This document shows, in pieces, positions 28,482-39,143 of a stretch of DNA of 64,000 nt. Origin of the DNA: Bdellovibrionota bacterium (GTDB lineage: Bacteria; Bdellovibrionota_C; UBA2361; JBGSMV01); assembly GCA_041739995.1 (NCBI GenBank), contig JBGSMV010000009.1, positions 1 through 64,000 of the forward strand. The letters are read 5' to 3'. The position numbers were made by a program, and so were the translations under genes. The notes beneath the pieces are model-generated. The model was not told the origin of the DNA and did not search any database. It saw only the letters and a program-made list of their open reading frames with translations. The first letter of the stretch is position 1. The number at the start of each line of letters is the position of its first letter.

Positions 28482-30185
28482 ATGGCGAAGAAGGGACCAC
28501 ATAATAAAGGCTCGGGCGATGGGAGTCCCGTCGACTTGGGGCTTTCCGCCCTATTGGCGGAAAAGAGCTCGTCTGAGGTGGGCGAGCGTGTCCGCGCTGG
28601 CCCACAATCAGAACAGGAGGATTCCTCTCAGGTAGCGTCACGGTCAGCTGGTTCTAAGGCGACGAAACCGGAAGTGCTCAGCGAATTCGAAACTCTGGCG
28701 CGTGCCGGAGATTGGGAACAGCTTGCCTCGGTGTGTGAACAGGGACTCGCTCCTCAGCTGGAGGCGAACTCATTTGCGCATCTTGAGCGCAGAGTATGGT
28801 GGATTCGAAGTCAGCAAAAAAAAGAGGCGGTTCCGCTGTCGATTCTTGCAGCGCCGCTTGAAGAGGTTGCGTGCAAGCTTGGAAAGCATTTCGCGGCGGA
28901 TAGTTTAGGCGCAAATAGTTCGCCAGATGGCACGGAAACACCGGAAGTCACCGCAAACTCAAAGGCACGACAGGAACGGCTTGTTCGTGAGCTCGACCAG
29001 CTTTTGGGAACTGTGGCGCGTGCGCTTGAACAGAAGGGCGAAGAGGCTACAGCGCTTCGCCTTAGAGAGCTCAGAATTCAGAAAAATCGCAGCGAGGACA
29101 GAGACAGCCTTCCGCAAGAGGTTGCTGAGACATCACTGCCTATAGGTAAGTCAGCGCAGAGTTCTAGTGTAGCGCCGGTGGGAGAACGACACAGTCTTGC
29201 CGAGCGACCTAGTGTTGCCGAACGACTCAGTGTCGGGTTGGACTTACCCGAGAGAGAAAATTCTACGGCAGAGCGTCGGGGCAAGAATCTTACGGGGAAG
29301 GACCGGCGAATTGAGTCGGATACTGCGAGTTGGCTGCGAATTTTCTGCATTGCGATGGCGCTCTGCTTGGGTTTAGGACTCTCAGTCGCTCTGGTGACGG
29401 GAGTGCTGGATCAGGGCTCCTTCGCTAGAGTATTCGAAAGGCTTAATCCATTGACCTGGTTTAAGGGCAGCACTGGAGGAGAGCTTGCCCGCAATGCTCT
29501 TCGTGACGGAGTGCGTGAACCCAGTCTAAAAGTCCCAGCGCTCGAACCCATTGAGTCAGCGAATCAACTTGAAGCTATTTTAGAGGACTATCGCAACGCG
29601 CGGCCACCTCGCTTAAATGATGCTCGTCCGGGCGGAGCGGGAACAGAGGGGAAAGTAAATGGAGCAGCCACCCAGTCGGGAGCGGGCGACCAGCGTGGCG
29701 GTGTCGTGAATGAAGCGGCGCAGGTTGGGGGCGGCCAGTCTGGGGCGGCTTCTTCTCTTCGGGAGGAACATTCGCGGCAAGACTCTCCGCCATCGGCAAG
29801 CGTGTCAGCGCAGGCGGGTCAGAAGGAGACGGTGAACACGAGTGGTCCAATCGAGCCATCAGATTTTCCACGTGGACGCGGAGGAGACCGAGCTCGAGAC
29901 ACGGGCTCCCGTCCTGGTAGTGGAAGCACCTCAAGAGCCGATCGTCCATTGGGGGAACGGCCAGGCTTTCAAGATTTCAAGAGTCCGAAACCTTTTCAGA
30001 CCCTGGTCGAAACTGAGGTCATGTCGGTCGCTTCGGTGCGGGGACGGCATCTCGACGTGTTGCCTGCAGGGGTGGAAGTGCTGGTTGAGGCTAAGGAGGG
30101 TTACTGGTTGCGTATACGATCTCAAAAGGGCAATCGGGGCTATATTTTAGCGCAAGACGCGATTGAAGCCTCACAAAGCAGGTGA
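28482..30185 (+). CDS. Single-pass membrane protein with C-terminal bacterial SH3 domain
   Basis: One TM, long disordered linker and C-terminal VLVEAKEGYWLRIRSQKGNRGYI (SH3b). Confidence 0.75.
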   Translation: MAKKGPHNKGSGDGSPVDLGLSALLAEKSSSEVGERVRAGPQSEQEDSSQVASRSAGSKATKPEVLSEFETLARAGDWEQLASVCEQGLAPQLEANSFAHLERRVWWIRSQQKKEAVPLSILAAPLEEVACKLGKHFAADSLGANSSPDGTETPEVTANSKARQERLVRELDQLLGTVARALEQKGEEATALRLRELRIQKNRSEDRDSLPQEVAETSLPIGKSAQSSSVAPVGERHSLAERPSVAERLSVGLDLPERENSTAERRGKNLTGKDRRIESDTASWLRIFCIAMALCLGLGLSVALVTGVLDQGSFARVFERLNPLTWFKGSTGGELARNALRDGVREPSLKVPALEPIESANQLEAILEDYRNARPPRLNDARPGGAGTEGKVNGAATQSGAGDQRGGVVNEAAQVGGGQSGAASSLREEHSRQDSPPSASVSAQAGQKETVNTSGPIEPSDFPRGRGGDRARDTGSRPGSGSTSRADRPLGERPGFQDFKSPKPFQTLVETEVMSVASVRGRHLDVLPAGVEVLVEAKEGYWLRIRSQKGNRGYILAQDAIEASQSR

Positions 30186-30330
30186 GTTGAGTTGTTCACC
30201 GAGGTCAATCCATCGAAATACCAATGAATTGCCGGGCAACTAGAGATTCATCACTTTTCCGTGCCGAGCCTTGCGTCTCATCGCAATAGCGTGTAGTTTC
30301 GACTACTTACTCTTTTTGGAAGATGGAAGT

Positions 30331-31035
30331 ATGGCTCGTATTACCGTAGAAGATTGTCTTACCCTGCAAACCAACCGTTTTGCGCTTATCCATCTAGCAT
30401 CGAAGCGCACCAAGCAACTTCTGCAGGGCGCCACGGTCGTGCTCAGCGAGGAGTGCGACAATAAGGCAGTAGTGACTTCGTTGCGTGAAATCGCTGAAGG
30501 CAAAGTACGTTTTCTCACTCCTGAGGAAGTTGAGCGTCTGCGTGAGTTGAACTTAGAGGAGCAGGTTCCTGGTCTTGAGCCAGAGGCGATCGAGCGGCGC
30601 GCATTGGCTCAGAAGTCTCTGGAAGAAGAAATCAATAACTCCTCAGAGGGAGAAGGGCTCGGAAAACTTGGAGCGATTGCTTCCGATGAGAATGGAGCTA
30701 AGGGCAGCGGGAAGAACGGACACTCCCACGCCAAGATAGATCTGGCTGATGAGGCTGACGACCTGGACGATACAGATGATGTTGATGATGTTGATGATGT
30801 TGATGATTCATCAGAAGAGGCATCTGACGTTGAGGGAGACAAATCCGAGGAAGCCCTAGAGGCGGGAAGTGTTGAATCCGTTAGCGGTGATTCGGCCGAA
30901 GACGTTCAGGCGGATGATGTTGAACCGGAGGGCGTTGAGTCTGACGGTGTTGAGTCTAAAGTTACTCCCGAGGAAGGGGGTTCTTCTGAGGAATCCTCCG
31001 ACGAAACCACTGAGGAAGATAAGGCGCCATTCTAA
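30331..31035 (+). CDS. rpoZ: RNA polymerase omega subunit with long acidic tail
   Basis: MARITVEDCL...NRFALIHLASKRTKQL...NKAVVTSLREIAEG; upstream of spoT. Confidence 0.95.
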   Translation: MARITVEDCLTLQTNRFALIHLASKRTKQLLQGATVVLSEECDNKAVVTSLREIAEGKVRFLTPEEVERLRELNLEEQVPGLEPEAIERRALAQKSLEEEINNSSEGEGLGKLGAIASDENGAKGSGKNGHSHAKIDLADEADDLDDTDDVDDVDDVDDSSEEASDVEGDKSEEALEAGSVESVSGDSAEDVQADDVEPEGVESDGVESKVTPEEGGSSEESSDETTEEDKAPF

Positions 31036-31193
31036 CGGTTGGAGTTCGGTGCCCTGCAGTTTTGATGTTGCGGCGCGCTTAGATCCTTCTTTCGCCAGTG
31101 TTGAATTAGGTAGGATCAGCCCCGAGAGTTTAAACTTCGGTGGATTTGTTCTAACGCCCGAGGGGGGCTTGATGGTTTCTCGAGGATCAGTTC

Positions 31194-33371
31194 ATGCAGC
31201 AGTTCGATACCCTCGCGGAACACATCCAGAAGTATCATCCGTCGCCTGACTTGGCCCTACTACGGCGAGCCTTCGATTTTTCTCATAGTCACCATTCAGG
31301 ACAAATCCGAGCATCTGGCGAACCCTATTTCAACCATCTTAGTGAAACGGCGCTGCTGGCCTGTTCCTTAAAGCTCGACGTTCCGTCGATTGCTGCCGCG
31401 TTGCTTCACGATACCATTGAAGACTGCGGGGTGACCCGAGAAGATCTCGTGCCTGAGTTCGGCGATGAGATAGCGGATATTGTCGAAGGGGTGTCAAAGC
31501 TCACTCGAATTGAATTCGACTCGCGCGAAGAGAAGCAAGCAGAGAACTTTCGAAAAATGCTGATTGCCATGGCGAAGGACATTCGCGTGGTATTGGTGAA
31601 GCTGTGCGATCGACTGCACAACATGCGCACATTGGAACACCTTTCAGACGAAAAGCGTCGTCGTATTGCCCAAGAGACTAAAGACATCTATGCCCCGCTC
31701 GCCAATCGGCTTGGTATTCACTGGCTTAAATCAGAGCTCGAAGACTTGTGTCTCTTAAACATTCGCCCCGAAATCTATCAGTTGATTAAGGGCAAGTTCG
31801 AGGGCAATGCGGGGCAGCGCGATGCCTTTATCGAAGGAGTAACCCGCGATATTCAGCGAATTCTTGAGGAGAATGGGGTCTCGGCCTCCGTGAGGGGACG
31901 AGCCAAACACTACTTTTCCATTTGGCAGAAGATGGAGCGGCACAACCTCGCGTTTGAAGAGGTCAATGACGTGCTCGGCTTTAGGGTGATAGTGCCTACG
32001 GTTCGTGCTTGTTACGAGTCGCTTGGTATCTTGCACTCAACATTCAAACCAGTGCCCGGGCGTTTCAAAGATTACATCGCGATGCCCAAGCCAAACATGT
32101 ACCAGTCGCTTCATACCACGGTGATTGGTCCAGAGGGATTTAGAATCGAAGTGCAGGTGCGTACGCCTGAGATGAATAAAGTGGCGGAAGAAGGAATCGC
32201 CGCACATTGGCGCTATAAAGAGCACGCGACAGATAGCCCCGGATTTGATCTGCAATGGGTAAAGGAGCTGGTTGAAACCCAGCAGTATCTAAAGAACCCG
32301 GACGAGTTCATTCAATCGGTCAAGGGCGATCTTTTTCCTGAAGAAGTGTTTGTGTTTACACCAAAAGGCGACTTGGTGCGCTTAAGCTTTGGTTCGAGTC
32401 CAGTAGACTTTGCCTATGCGGTGCACACGGACGTAGGGCACAGAACGACTGGGGCTCGTGTGAACGGATCTATGGTGCCTTTGAGCCATAAGTTACGCAA
32501 CGGAGATACGGTAGAGGTTCTCACGTCAAAGACGCATGTGCCGAGTAAAGATTGGCTCAAGTTCGTTCACACCTCGAAAGCTAAGCAGCGCATTCGCGCA
32601 TTTCTGAAGTCCGAGGAGCGAGCACGTTCACTCGCACTTGGTCTTGATGTGCTCTCCAAAGATTTGCGCAAGGTTAAACTGAGCCTCAAGAAACTGGAGC
32701 AAGAAGGAAAAATTAAGCTTCTTGCTGAGAAAATGGGTTTGAAGACCGAGGGAGATCTATACGCAGAGATTGGATACGGCAAGATTTCGGCTTCCAAGCT
32801 TATCGGAGATCTGCTTCCCGAAGATCCTGGAGTAGACGAAAGGCTAAAGCAAACTTCTTCCCCGATGGAGCGTATCTTCCAGCGGGCCGCGCGAGCGTCT
32901 CGTAACAAGATTGGAGTTAAGGTCGGCGGTTTTGAAGATATTCTAGTTCGCTTTGCGCGCTGCTGTGAGCCCTTACCGGGAGATCGTATCGTAGGCTTTA
33001 TCACGCGTGGGCGCGGGGTCGCAGTGCACCAAGCTGATTGCCCTCAGGTGTTGCAATCCGATCAGATGAGACAAGTAGAAGTTGAGTGGGATAACGATGT
33101 GCATGCAGTCCGCAGGGTTCGCATCACCGTGCATTCCCAAGATCAGGTGGGCCTGCTCGCCAATGTCACCAAGGCGATTACCGAGCATGGCGCGAATATC
33201 GCGAGTGCCCAGATTAAAACGAGTGGCTACGGGAAGGCCGTGAATATGTTCGAGCTTACGATTCAAGATGCACGGCAACTTGAACGAATTAAGCGCGGCA
33301 TTGAGATGGTGCCCGGAGTAATTAAAGTCGAGCGCATGCATCACATACTAGGGGCGGGGGATGAGGAATAG
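31194..33371 (+). CDS. spoT: Bifunctional (p)ppGpp synthetase/hydrolase
   Basis: RASGEPY, HDTIED hydrolase, YQSLHT, EVQVRT, TGS, CC and ACT domains. Confidence 0.96.
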   Translation: MQQFDTLAEHIQKYHPSPDLALLRRAFDFSHSHHSGQIRASGEPYFNHLSETALLACSLKLDVPSIAAALLHDTIEDCGVTREDLVPEFGDEIADIVEGVSKLTRIEFDSREEKQAENFRKMLIAMAKDIRVVLVKLCDRLHNMRTLEHLSDEKRRRIAQETKDIYAPLANRLGIHWLKSELEDLCLLNIRPEIYQLIKGKFEGNAGQRDAFIEGVTRDIQRILEENGVSASVRGRAKHYFSIWQKMERHNLAFEEVNDVLGFRVIVPTVRACYESLGILHSTFKPVPGRFKDYIAMPKPNMYQSLHTTVIGPEGFRIEVQVRTPEMNKVAEEGIAAHWRYKEHATDSPGFDLQWVKELVETQQYLKNPDEFIQSVKGDLFPEEVFVFTPKGDLVRLSFGSSPVDFAYAVHTDVGHRTTGARVNGSMVPLSHKLRNGDTVEVLTSKTHVPSKDWLKFVHTSKAKQRIRAFLKSEERARSLALGLDVLSKDLRKVKLSLKKLEQEGKIKLLAEKMGLKTEGDLYAEIGYGKISASKLIGDLLPEDPGVDERLKQTSSPMERIFQRAARASRNKIGVKVGGFEDILVRFARCCEPLPGDRIVGFITRGRGVAVHQADCPQVLQSDQMRQVEVEWDNDVHAVRRVRITVHSQDQVGLLANVTKAITEHGANIASAQIKTSGYGKAVNMFELTIQDARQLERIKRGIEMVPGVIKVERMHHILGAGDEE

Positions 33372-34566
33372 ATTTTGGCGAATTATGTGTGCGTTGCTGG
33401 GATTGGCGGTAGGATTGTACCTCGCCCCCCAGCTTCTGAATCGAGAACAAGATTCCGGCAAGCGCGCGTCGGACGCCCAAGTTTTTCATAATGCCGAAGC
33501 TCAATCTCTTGAAAATGAAGAGAGATCGAACGGGTCTGTAGATGGCTATGTTTCTCCTCGAGGACCTGGTACCCGTGCGCGGAGAAGTTGGGAAGAGCAG
33601 CAGACCGTTGAGATTTATAAACGAGCAGAGCTGGGAGTGGTTTTTATCAACACTATCTCTCTGTCGGTTGATCCTTTTGATGTGTTTCCTGAAGTACAGC
33701 AAAGAGAGGGCAGTGGTTCAGGCGTAATTGTGGATGCAGAGCGCGGCATCGTTATTACCAATTTGCATGTGATCCAAGACGCGCACAAAATTGAAATTGC
33801 GCTTGCGACCGGCCAGTCGGTCCCCGCGAAGTTGCTGGGACTTGATGATGAGTTTGATATTGCGGTGCTCAAGTTGGTTAACCCGCCCGCTGACTTGTCG
33901 GCGATTCCTTTTGGAGATTCTTCCGAGGTTGAGGTAGGGCAGCGGGTGCTTGCCATTGGAAATCCATTTGGACTGGATAGGACACTGACTGCGGGCATTC
34001 TCTCTAGTGTCAACCGCACGGTGAAGGGGTCAAAGGGCCGGTTGTTGCGCGGGCTTCTGCAAACTGATGCAGCGATTAATCCGGGTAATTCTGGCGGTCC
34101 GTTGCTGGATATGGAAGGGCGACTGTTGGGAATAAACAGCGCGATTTTAAGTCAATCGGGAGATTCTGCTGGAATTGGATTTGCGGTGCCGATTAATCAG
34201 ATTAAGCGCGTGTTGCCTGAGCTGATCGCGACCGGCAAGGTGCTTCGTCCTGTGGTGGGGTGGGTTTTGATTGACACCCTTCAGGGAGTGATGGTGCGTA
34301 GAATCATTGCGGGAAGTCCTGCCGAGCTGGCCGGGCTTCAACCGATCGAACGTTCCATTAAGAGCGGGCTCTTTAATGGGTTTATTCGGGACTTTAGCCG
34401 AGCGGATGTAATCGTGCGAGTGAATGGCAAGGCCATCAGAACCCGCGAAGAGATTGAACAGCTCATTTCTGAGCTTCCGCCGGGTGGACGCCTTAAGGTG
34501 GTTGTGAGAAGAGGAACCGCGCGAGGACCTGAGCGTGAGCTAGAAATTGTCCCCACACTCGGATGA
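33361..34566 (+). CDS. HtrA/DegP-like serine protease with PDZ
   Basis: TNLHV, DIAVL, QTDAAINPGNSGGPL and a PDZ domain. Confidence 0.93.
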   Translation: MRNRFWRIMCALLGLAVGLYLAPQLLNREQDSGKRASDAQVFHNAEAQSLENEERSNGSVDGYVSPRGPGTRARRSWEEQQTVEIYKRAELGVVFINTISLSVDPFDVFPEVQQREGSGSGVIVDAERGIVITNLHVIQDAHKIEIALATGQSVPAKLLGLDDEFDIAVLKLVNPPADLSAIPFGDSSEVEVGQRVLAIGNPFGLDRTLTAGILSSVNRTVKGSKGRLLRGLLQTDAAINPGNSGGPLLDMEGRLLGINSAILSQSGDSAGIGFAVPINQIKRVLPELIATGKVLRPVVGWVLIDTLQGVMVRRIIAGSPAELAGLQPIERSIKSGLFNGFIRDFSRADVIVRVNGKAIRTREEIEQLISELPPGGRLKVVVRRGTARGPERELEIVPTLG

Positions 34567-36425
34567 GACGAATGGGAATAAGAGTACTTTCCCCACAAGT
34601 TGCTAATCAGATCGCTGCTGGCGAGGTGGTTGAGCGTCCTGCCTCGGTGGTGCGAGAGCTGGTTGATAACGCCATTGATGCTGGTGCTGACGACGTTTCG
34701 ATTTCATTGGTCGAGGGTGGGCGCACGCTCATTCGCGTGGTCGACAACGGCGTGGGGATGTCGCGCGAGGATGGCTTGCTGGCGTTCGAGCGGCATGCAA
34801 CGTCGAAGCTGTCTGAGCTTTCAGATCTTGATCAAATCGAATCTCTTGGATTCCGTGGGGAAGCACTTCCGGCGATCTGTTCGGTGAGTCGTGTGCGGAT
34901 GCAAACCAAGCGCACGGACGAGCAGCTCGCCACCGAAATTCTACTCGATACTGGAACGGTGCAGCAGACTCGATGCATACCGGGGCCAGTTGGGACCACC
35001 ATGGAGGTGATGCAACTTTTTCTCAATACTCCGGCGCGACAAAAATTCTTGAAGAGCACCAGGTCAGAAGAGCTGCGAGTAAAGCAGTGGCTCGTGCAGT
35101 ATGCGCTGAGTCGCCCACAGGTAGCGTTTCGCCTTGAGAGTGACGGGCGAGAATTATTTCGTGAAAGTCCGAGAGCATCATTGGTTGACCGGGCACGGGT
35201 GCTGATTGGTGCAGGCGTCGTGTCGGGCGAGATGACCGTTAACGGCATTCGTGTCGAAGCTGCCTTGGCACATCCAAGTCAAGCCAAAGTGGAGACGCGG
35301 GGGCTGACTCTGATTGTGAATTCGCGCGTGGTGAGTGACCGCATGCTGCTTCGCGCAGCGAAAGACGGATTCGGCGGAGCGCTTAAAGATCGCGAATTCC
35401 CCTCTGGAGTAATTAGTATTTCGCTTCCGGGAACAGAGGTCGATGTGAACGTGCATCCTCAGAAAAGCGAAGTACGCTTTAGAAATTCGTCTGCGGTGTA
35501 TGTGGCGGTGTTGCGCGCAGTGCAGAGCATGGTAGCTGAGTTTCGTGCGCCCATGTCTGCGTCGGCGGCGACCTCTTCAGCTCAATTTGACTATCGTGGC
35601 ACATTGGGTGGTTTCTCTGGGCAGTCACGTGGGTTCACCGCGGAGTCAAGCAGGTCTCGGACTGGTTATGAGGCTCGCTCGACGATTGCGCAGGCGGGCT
35701 TAAGGTTCGGTGATAGGCAACGCTCTTCAGACAGCGTGGATTGGGGGCAAGAGGTTGCAGAATCAGGCACTCATGAGCGTGGCAACGAGCAGAGTGTTGG
35801 TGCGAGAGATCTTGAAGTTGATTCGACAGAGAATTTTTCATTTCGAAAGTTGGTTTTTCGTGGACAGTTGTTCGAATGCTATCTGCTTTGTGAACTCAGC
35901 GGTGCTTTTTATATTGTCGACATGCACGCCGCGCACGAGCGTTATCAATACAATCGTGTCCGGGCGGCGCTTCGTACACGGGACATAAGTGCTCAGCATT
36001 TGCTCTTGCCGCTCTCAATTGATCTCTCCGAGCAGGAATTCGAAAATCTGAAATCGCGACAGGTGATGCTTGAAGACCTTGGATTTGCGATTAGTTGGGA
36101 GAAAGGGAAATCTATTACTCTTCAGGAGATTCCTTCGATTCTTGTAAATCGTGATGTGGCGCGAACCTTGCGTGATATTGCGGCGATTGACCCGGACGAA
36201 GGTGGGGGCGTGGGCCCGCTTGAATACCTGCTCGACCAGATTGCGGCGCGCGTGGCCTGTCATGCGAGCATACGTTCTGGAAAGCGCATGACTACCCCGG
36301 AGGTTGAAGCACTCTTCGCCTTGCTGGATTCCAGCGCGTGCAGTGCGGCGTGCCCGCATGGGCGGCCTGTCATCGTTTCGTTTAGTGAGTCTGAGGTCGA
36401 GCACTGGTTTGGGCGCGATCGCTAA
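34563..36425 (+). CDS. mutL: DNA mismatch repair protein MutL
   Basis: NQIAAGEVVERPASVVREL, GFRGEAL, DVNVHP, DMHAAHER and CPHGRP. Confidence 0.97.
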   Translation: MRRMGIRVLSPQVANQIAAGEVVERPASVVRELVDNAIDAGADDVSISLVEGGRTLIRVVDNGVGMSREDGLLAFERHATSKLSELSDLDQIESLGFRGEALPAICSVSRVRMQTKRTDEQLATEILLDTGTVQQTRCIPGPVGTTMEVMQLFLNTPARQKFLKSTRSEELRVKQWLVQYALSRPQVAFRLESDGRELFRESPRASLVDRARVLIGAGVVSGEMTVNGIRVEAALAHPSQAKVETRGLTLIVNSRVVSDRMLLRAAKDGFGGALKDREFPSGVISISLPGTEVDVNVHPQKSEVRFRNSSAVYVAVLRAVQSMVAEFRAPMSASAATSSAQFDYRGTLGGFSGQSRGFTAESSRSRTGYEARSTIAQAGLRFGDRQRSSDSVDWGQEVAESGTHERGNEQSVGARDLEVDSTENFSFRKLVFRGQLFECYLLCELSGAFYIVDMHAAHERYQYNRVRAALRTRDISAQHLLLPLSIDLSEQEFENLKSRQVMLEDLGFAISWEKGKSITLQEIPSILVNRDVARTLRDIAAIDPDEGGGVGPLEYLLDQIAARVACHASIRSGKRMTTPEVEALFALLDSSACSAACPHGRPVIVSFSESEVEHWFGRDR

Positions 36426-36510
36426 GCGAGGTCGATCCGTTGAGTGTCGCTAGTCGTTCGCCGTCCCAATTTGACCTAATTTTTGGTTTAGCGATTTGTT
36501 CATGAGTTCT

Positions 36511-37605
36511 TCCCCGGCTTCGATTGACTCTTCTAGTGTACGGCTTAAGCCCTTAATAGTTGTGGCTGGCCCTACAGCCTCAGGAAAGAGCGCGCTAGGG
36601 GTGGCGTTAGCAAGCGAGCTTGGAACTGAGATTGTTTCGCTCGATTCCGTTCAATGTTTCAAGGAATTCAATATTGGGTCCGCTAAACCGAGTCTTGAGG
36701 AACAGGCGCTGGTTCCTCATCATATGATTGACGTATTCGAGCCTGATTTCGAGCTGAATGCAAAGGTGTTCGTTGATCGAATGGAGCAAGCGATCGGTGA
36801 CGTTGTCTTACGTAAAGGGCGCGCGGTAGTTATTGGCGGAACCACGATGTATTTGACTGCCCTGTTGCAGGGGTTGGTGGAGAGTCCTGAGATCCCGAGT
36901 GCGCTGCGTGACGAGCTACGTGCAATGCCACTAGAAAAGCTTCGTGTCCAGTTGGAGGAGAAGGACCCTTTGATGGCGGGCAAGCTTTCGGCGCGCGATA
37001 GACCGCGGATGGAGCGCGCACTTGCGGTCACTTTAGTTTCTGGGGAGCCATTTTCGCAGCAGCAAGCCAGACATGCTTTTCAGAATCCAAAGCACACAGC
37101 TCTTGTTCTTGTTCCTATGTGGTCGCGTGAACAACTCTACGCACGAATTAATGATCGAGTGGACGGTATGCTTGTTCGGGGCTTGCTTGAGGAAACTCGT
37201 CGGATCGTGGAGCAGTATGGTGAGAGTCCACATGCGTTGCGCTCCTTAGGCTATGCGCAGTGCCTTTCTGTGCTGCGCGGTGAGATAGAACATGGTGATC
37301 TGCCCGCCGCTATCGCGCAGGCCACCAGACGTTTTGCAAAGCGACAATTGACGTACTTTAGGAATGAGCCTTGGAAACGAGGTTGGAGCATCGTCCCTAC
37401 CCAAGAGAGATCGATGTTATCAGAGCGCCAGGGCCAACAGGTGGAGGCGCGGGCAGGGGAGCACGAGATCGTGGCCCAGTCAGTTTCATTTGGCGAGGTG
37501 CTGGGCCGCATTCGCGAGCTAGAGAGAGAAGGCATCTCACAAACTGAAGTCTGGTTTGTAGACGCTCCCACGTCAGGACTGTGGGGCGTTTTAGATGGTG
37601 GCTAA
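36511..37605 (+). CDS. miaA: tRNA dimethylallyltransferase (start approximate; ORF 36496)
   Basis: GPTASGKS, DSVQ, IGSAKP, GGTTMY and TRRFAKRQLTYFR; follows mutL. Confidence 0.93.
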   Translation, partial: SPASIDSSSVRLKPLIVVAGPTASGKSALGVALASELGTEIVSLDSVQCFKEFNIGSAKPSLEEQALVPHHMIDVFEPDFELNAKVFVDRMEQAIGDVVLRKGRAVVIGGTTMYLTALLQGLVESPEIPSALRDELRAMPLEKLRVQLEEKDPLMAGKLSARDRPRMERALAVTLVSGEPFSQQQARHAFQNPKHTALVLVPMWSREQLYARINDRVDGMLVRGLLEETRRIVEQYGESPHALRSLGYAQCLSVLRGEIEHGDLPAAIAQATRRFAKRQLTYFRNEPWKRGWSIVPTQERSMLSERQGQQVEARAGEHEIVAQSVSFGEVLGRIRELEREGISQTEVWFVDAPTSGLWGVLDGG

Positions 37606-37975
37606 GCCGCCGAGGCACTTTTCTAGAGCAAGCGCGCCCTCTTGAGTTGATGCCTCCCTTCCAGAGTGGAGGCAGCCTAAGGCGCAGAGAGGACTGGGAT
37701 TGAAGCCGGGCGCCAGCCTCGCTAAGCTTAGGCGCCTTCCCCGCTCAGGCACTTAGACTTCGTCTTCCCCACCGGTCGTCGAGTTTAGGGCATGCCATTG
37801 GGACGACATTGGTCTCATGAGGGAGGGTGCGGGAGCATCGGTGCGGGTGGGCGTGGTTTGTTCAACGCAAGCCATTCGCTCAATGCGGACTTTATATTTG
37901 GTAGGGTGCGGAGCTTTTTTGCTTGCCCTCTTCCGCGTGAGGCCTCACGGTTCGTGGCCACGGAGAATGTATTTT

Positions 37976-38962
37976 ATGGGGACCATTCAACACCCGCTCG
38001 AGTTCGAAAGACCATTAGTGGATCTTGAGATTCAACTCGATGCTCTCAAAGACGAGATTGCGACAGGAGATCAAACGCGCCTGCACGAATACGCAAAACT
38101 CGAAGCAAAGTACGCGAAACTTCGAGAGGAAGTTTATAACAAGCTTTCACCGTATCAGAGGGTGCAGCTTTCGAGGCACTTTGATCGGCCGTTCACGCTC
38201 GACTTTATCGGACATATGTTCACCGAGTTCATAGAGTTTCATGGCGATCGGCTATTTAAGGACGACGAAGCAATCGTGTGCGGTACTGCCAGATTGGGAG
38301 AGCTCCCAGTGATGGTGGTGGGACATCAGCGCGGAAGATCGACACAAGAGCGTCTCCGAAGAAACTTTGGGATGTCGAACCCTGAGGGATATCGAAAAGC
38401 GTTGCGTATGTTTCGGCTTGCCGAGAAGTTTGGACTGCCTCTCATCACCTTCATCGATACCCAAGGAGCCTTTCCAGGGCTCGAGGCTGAAGAGCGTGGT
38501 CAAGCCGAAGCAATTGCGCGCAATTTAATTGAACTTTCTGAACTTACCATTCCGGTCATTGCAGTGGTGATAGGTGAGGGTGGGAGTGGGGGTGCGTTGG
38601 CACTCGGAGTGGCTGACCGAATTCTGATGCTCGAAAACGCGTGTTATTCTGTGATTACTCCCGAAGGTTGCGCGTCTATTCTTTGGCATCATGAGCGCAA
38701 CGAGCCGCCACTTGCACAAGCTGCGCAGGCAGCCGAAATGCTGCAGCTTACTGCCCGGGATCTTGAGCGTTTGAAAGTGATTGATGAAGTGGTGGCTGAG
38801 CCCCTTGGCGGCGCGCATACCAATCACAAAGAAGCGGCTGAATTATTGCGTTTTGCTATTACTCGGCAGCTCGACGTCTTAGGTAAGCTCAGCGTCCAGG
38901 AGCTACTGGACGCTCGTTACAAGAAGTTCAGAGCCATGGGCGTATTTACAGGCGATGCGTAA
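37976..38962 (+). CDS. accA: Acetyl-CoA carboxylase carboxyltransferase alpha
   Basis: LEFERP, FHGDR, PEGYRKA, AEERGQAEAIA, GEGGSGGAL and YSVITPEG. Confidence 0.97.
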   Translation: MGTIQHPLEFERPLVDLEIQLDALKDEIATGDQTRLHEYAKLEAKYAKLREEVYNKLSPYQRVQLSRHFDRPFTLDFIGHMFTEFIEFHGDRLFKDDEAIVCGTARLGELPVMVVGHQRGRSTQERLRRNFGMSNPEGYRKALRMFRLAEKFGLPLITFIDTQGAFPGLEAEERGQAEAIARNLIELSELTIPVIAVVIGEGGSGGALALGVADRILMLENACYSVITPEGCASILWHHERNEPPLAQAAQAAEMLQLTARDLERLKVIDEVVAEPLGGAHTNHKEAAELLRFAITRQLDVLGKLSVQELLDARYKKFRAMGVFTGDA

Positions 38963-39143
38963 CGGGGTAGATAAGTGAACGAAAAGAGACAGGGTTTTGT
39001 TCCCTTTGGCTCTTTATACCTCAGCGACAGTATGGCTGGTATACTCCTGGGGTCGAGCGCTTAACCGGCGTGCGACAGTTGAAATTTATATTTTAGGCTC
39101 AGTTTGATTCTAGATTTGACGAGCTCTTACTCGAAAGAAGAAA

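Noticed and set aside
37606..37975. tRNA/ncRNA or hfq after miaA
   Set aside because: No cloverleaf, T-loop motif or Sm-like ORF seen; only GC-rich imperfect stems.
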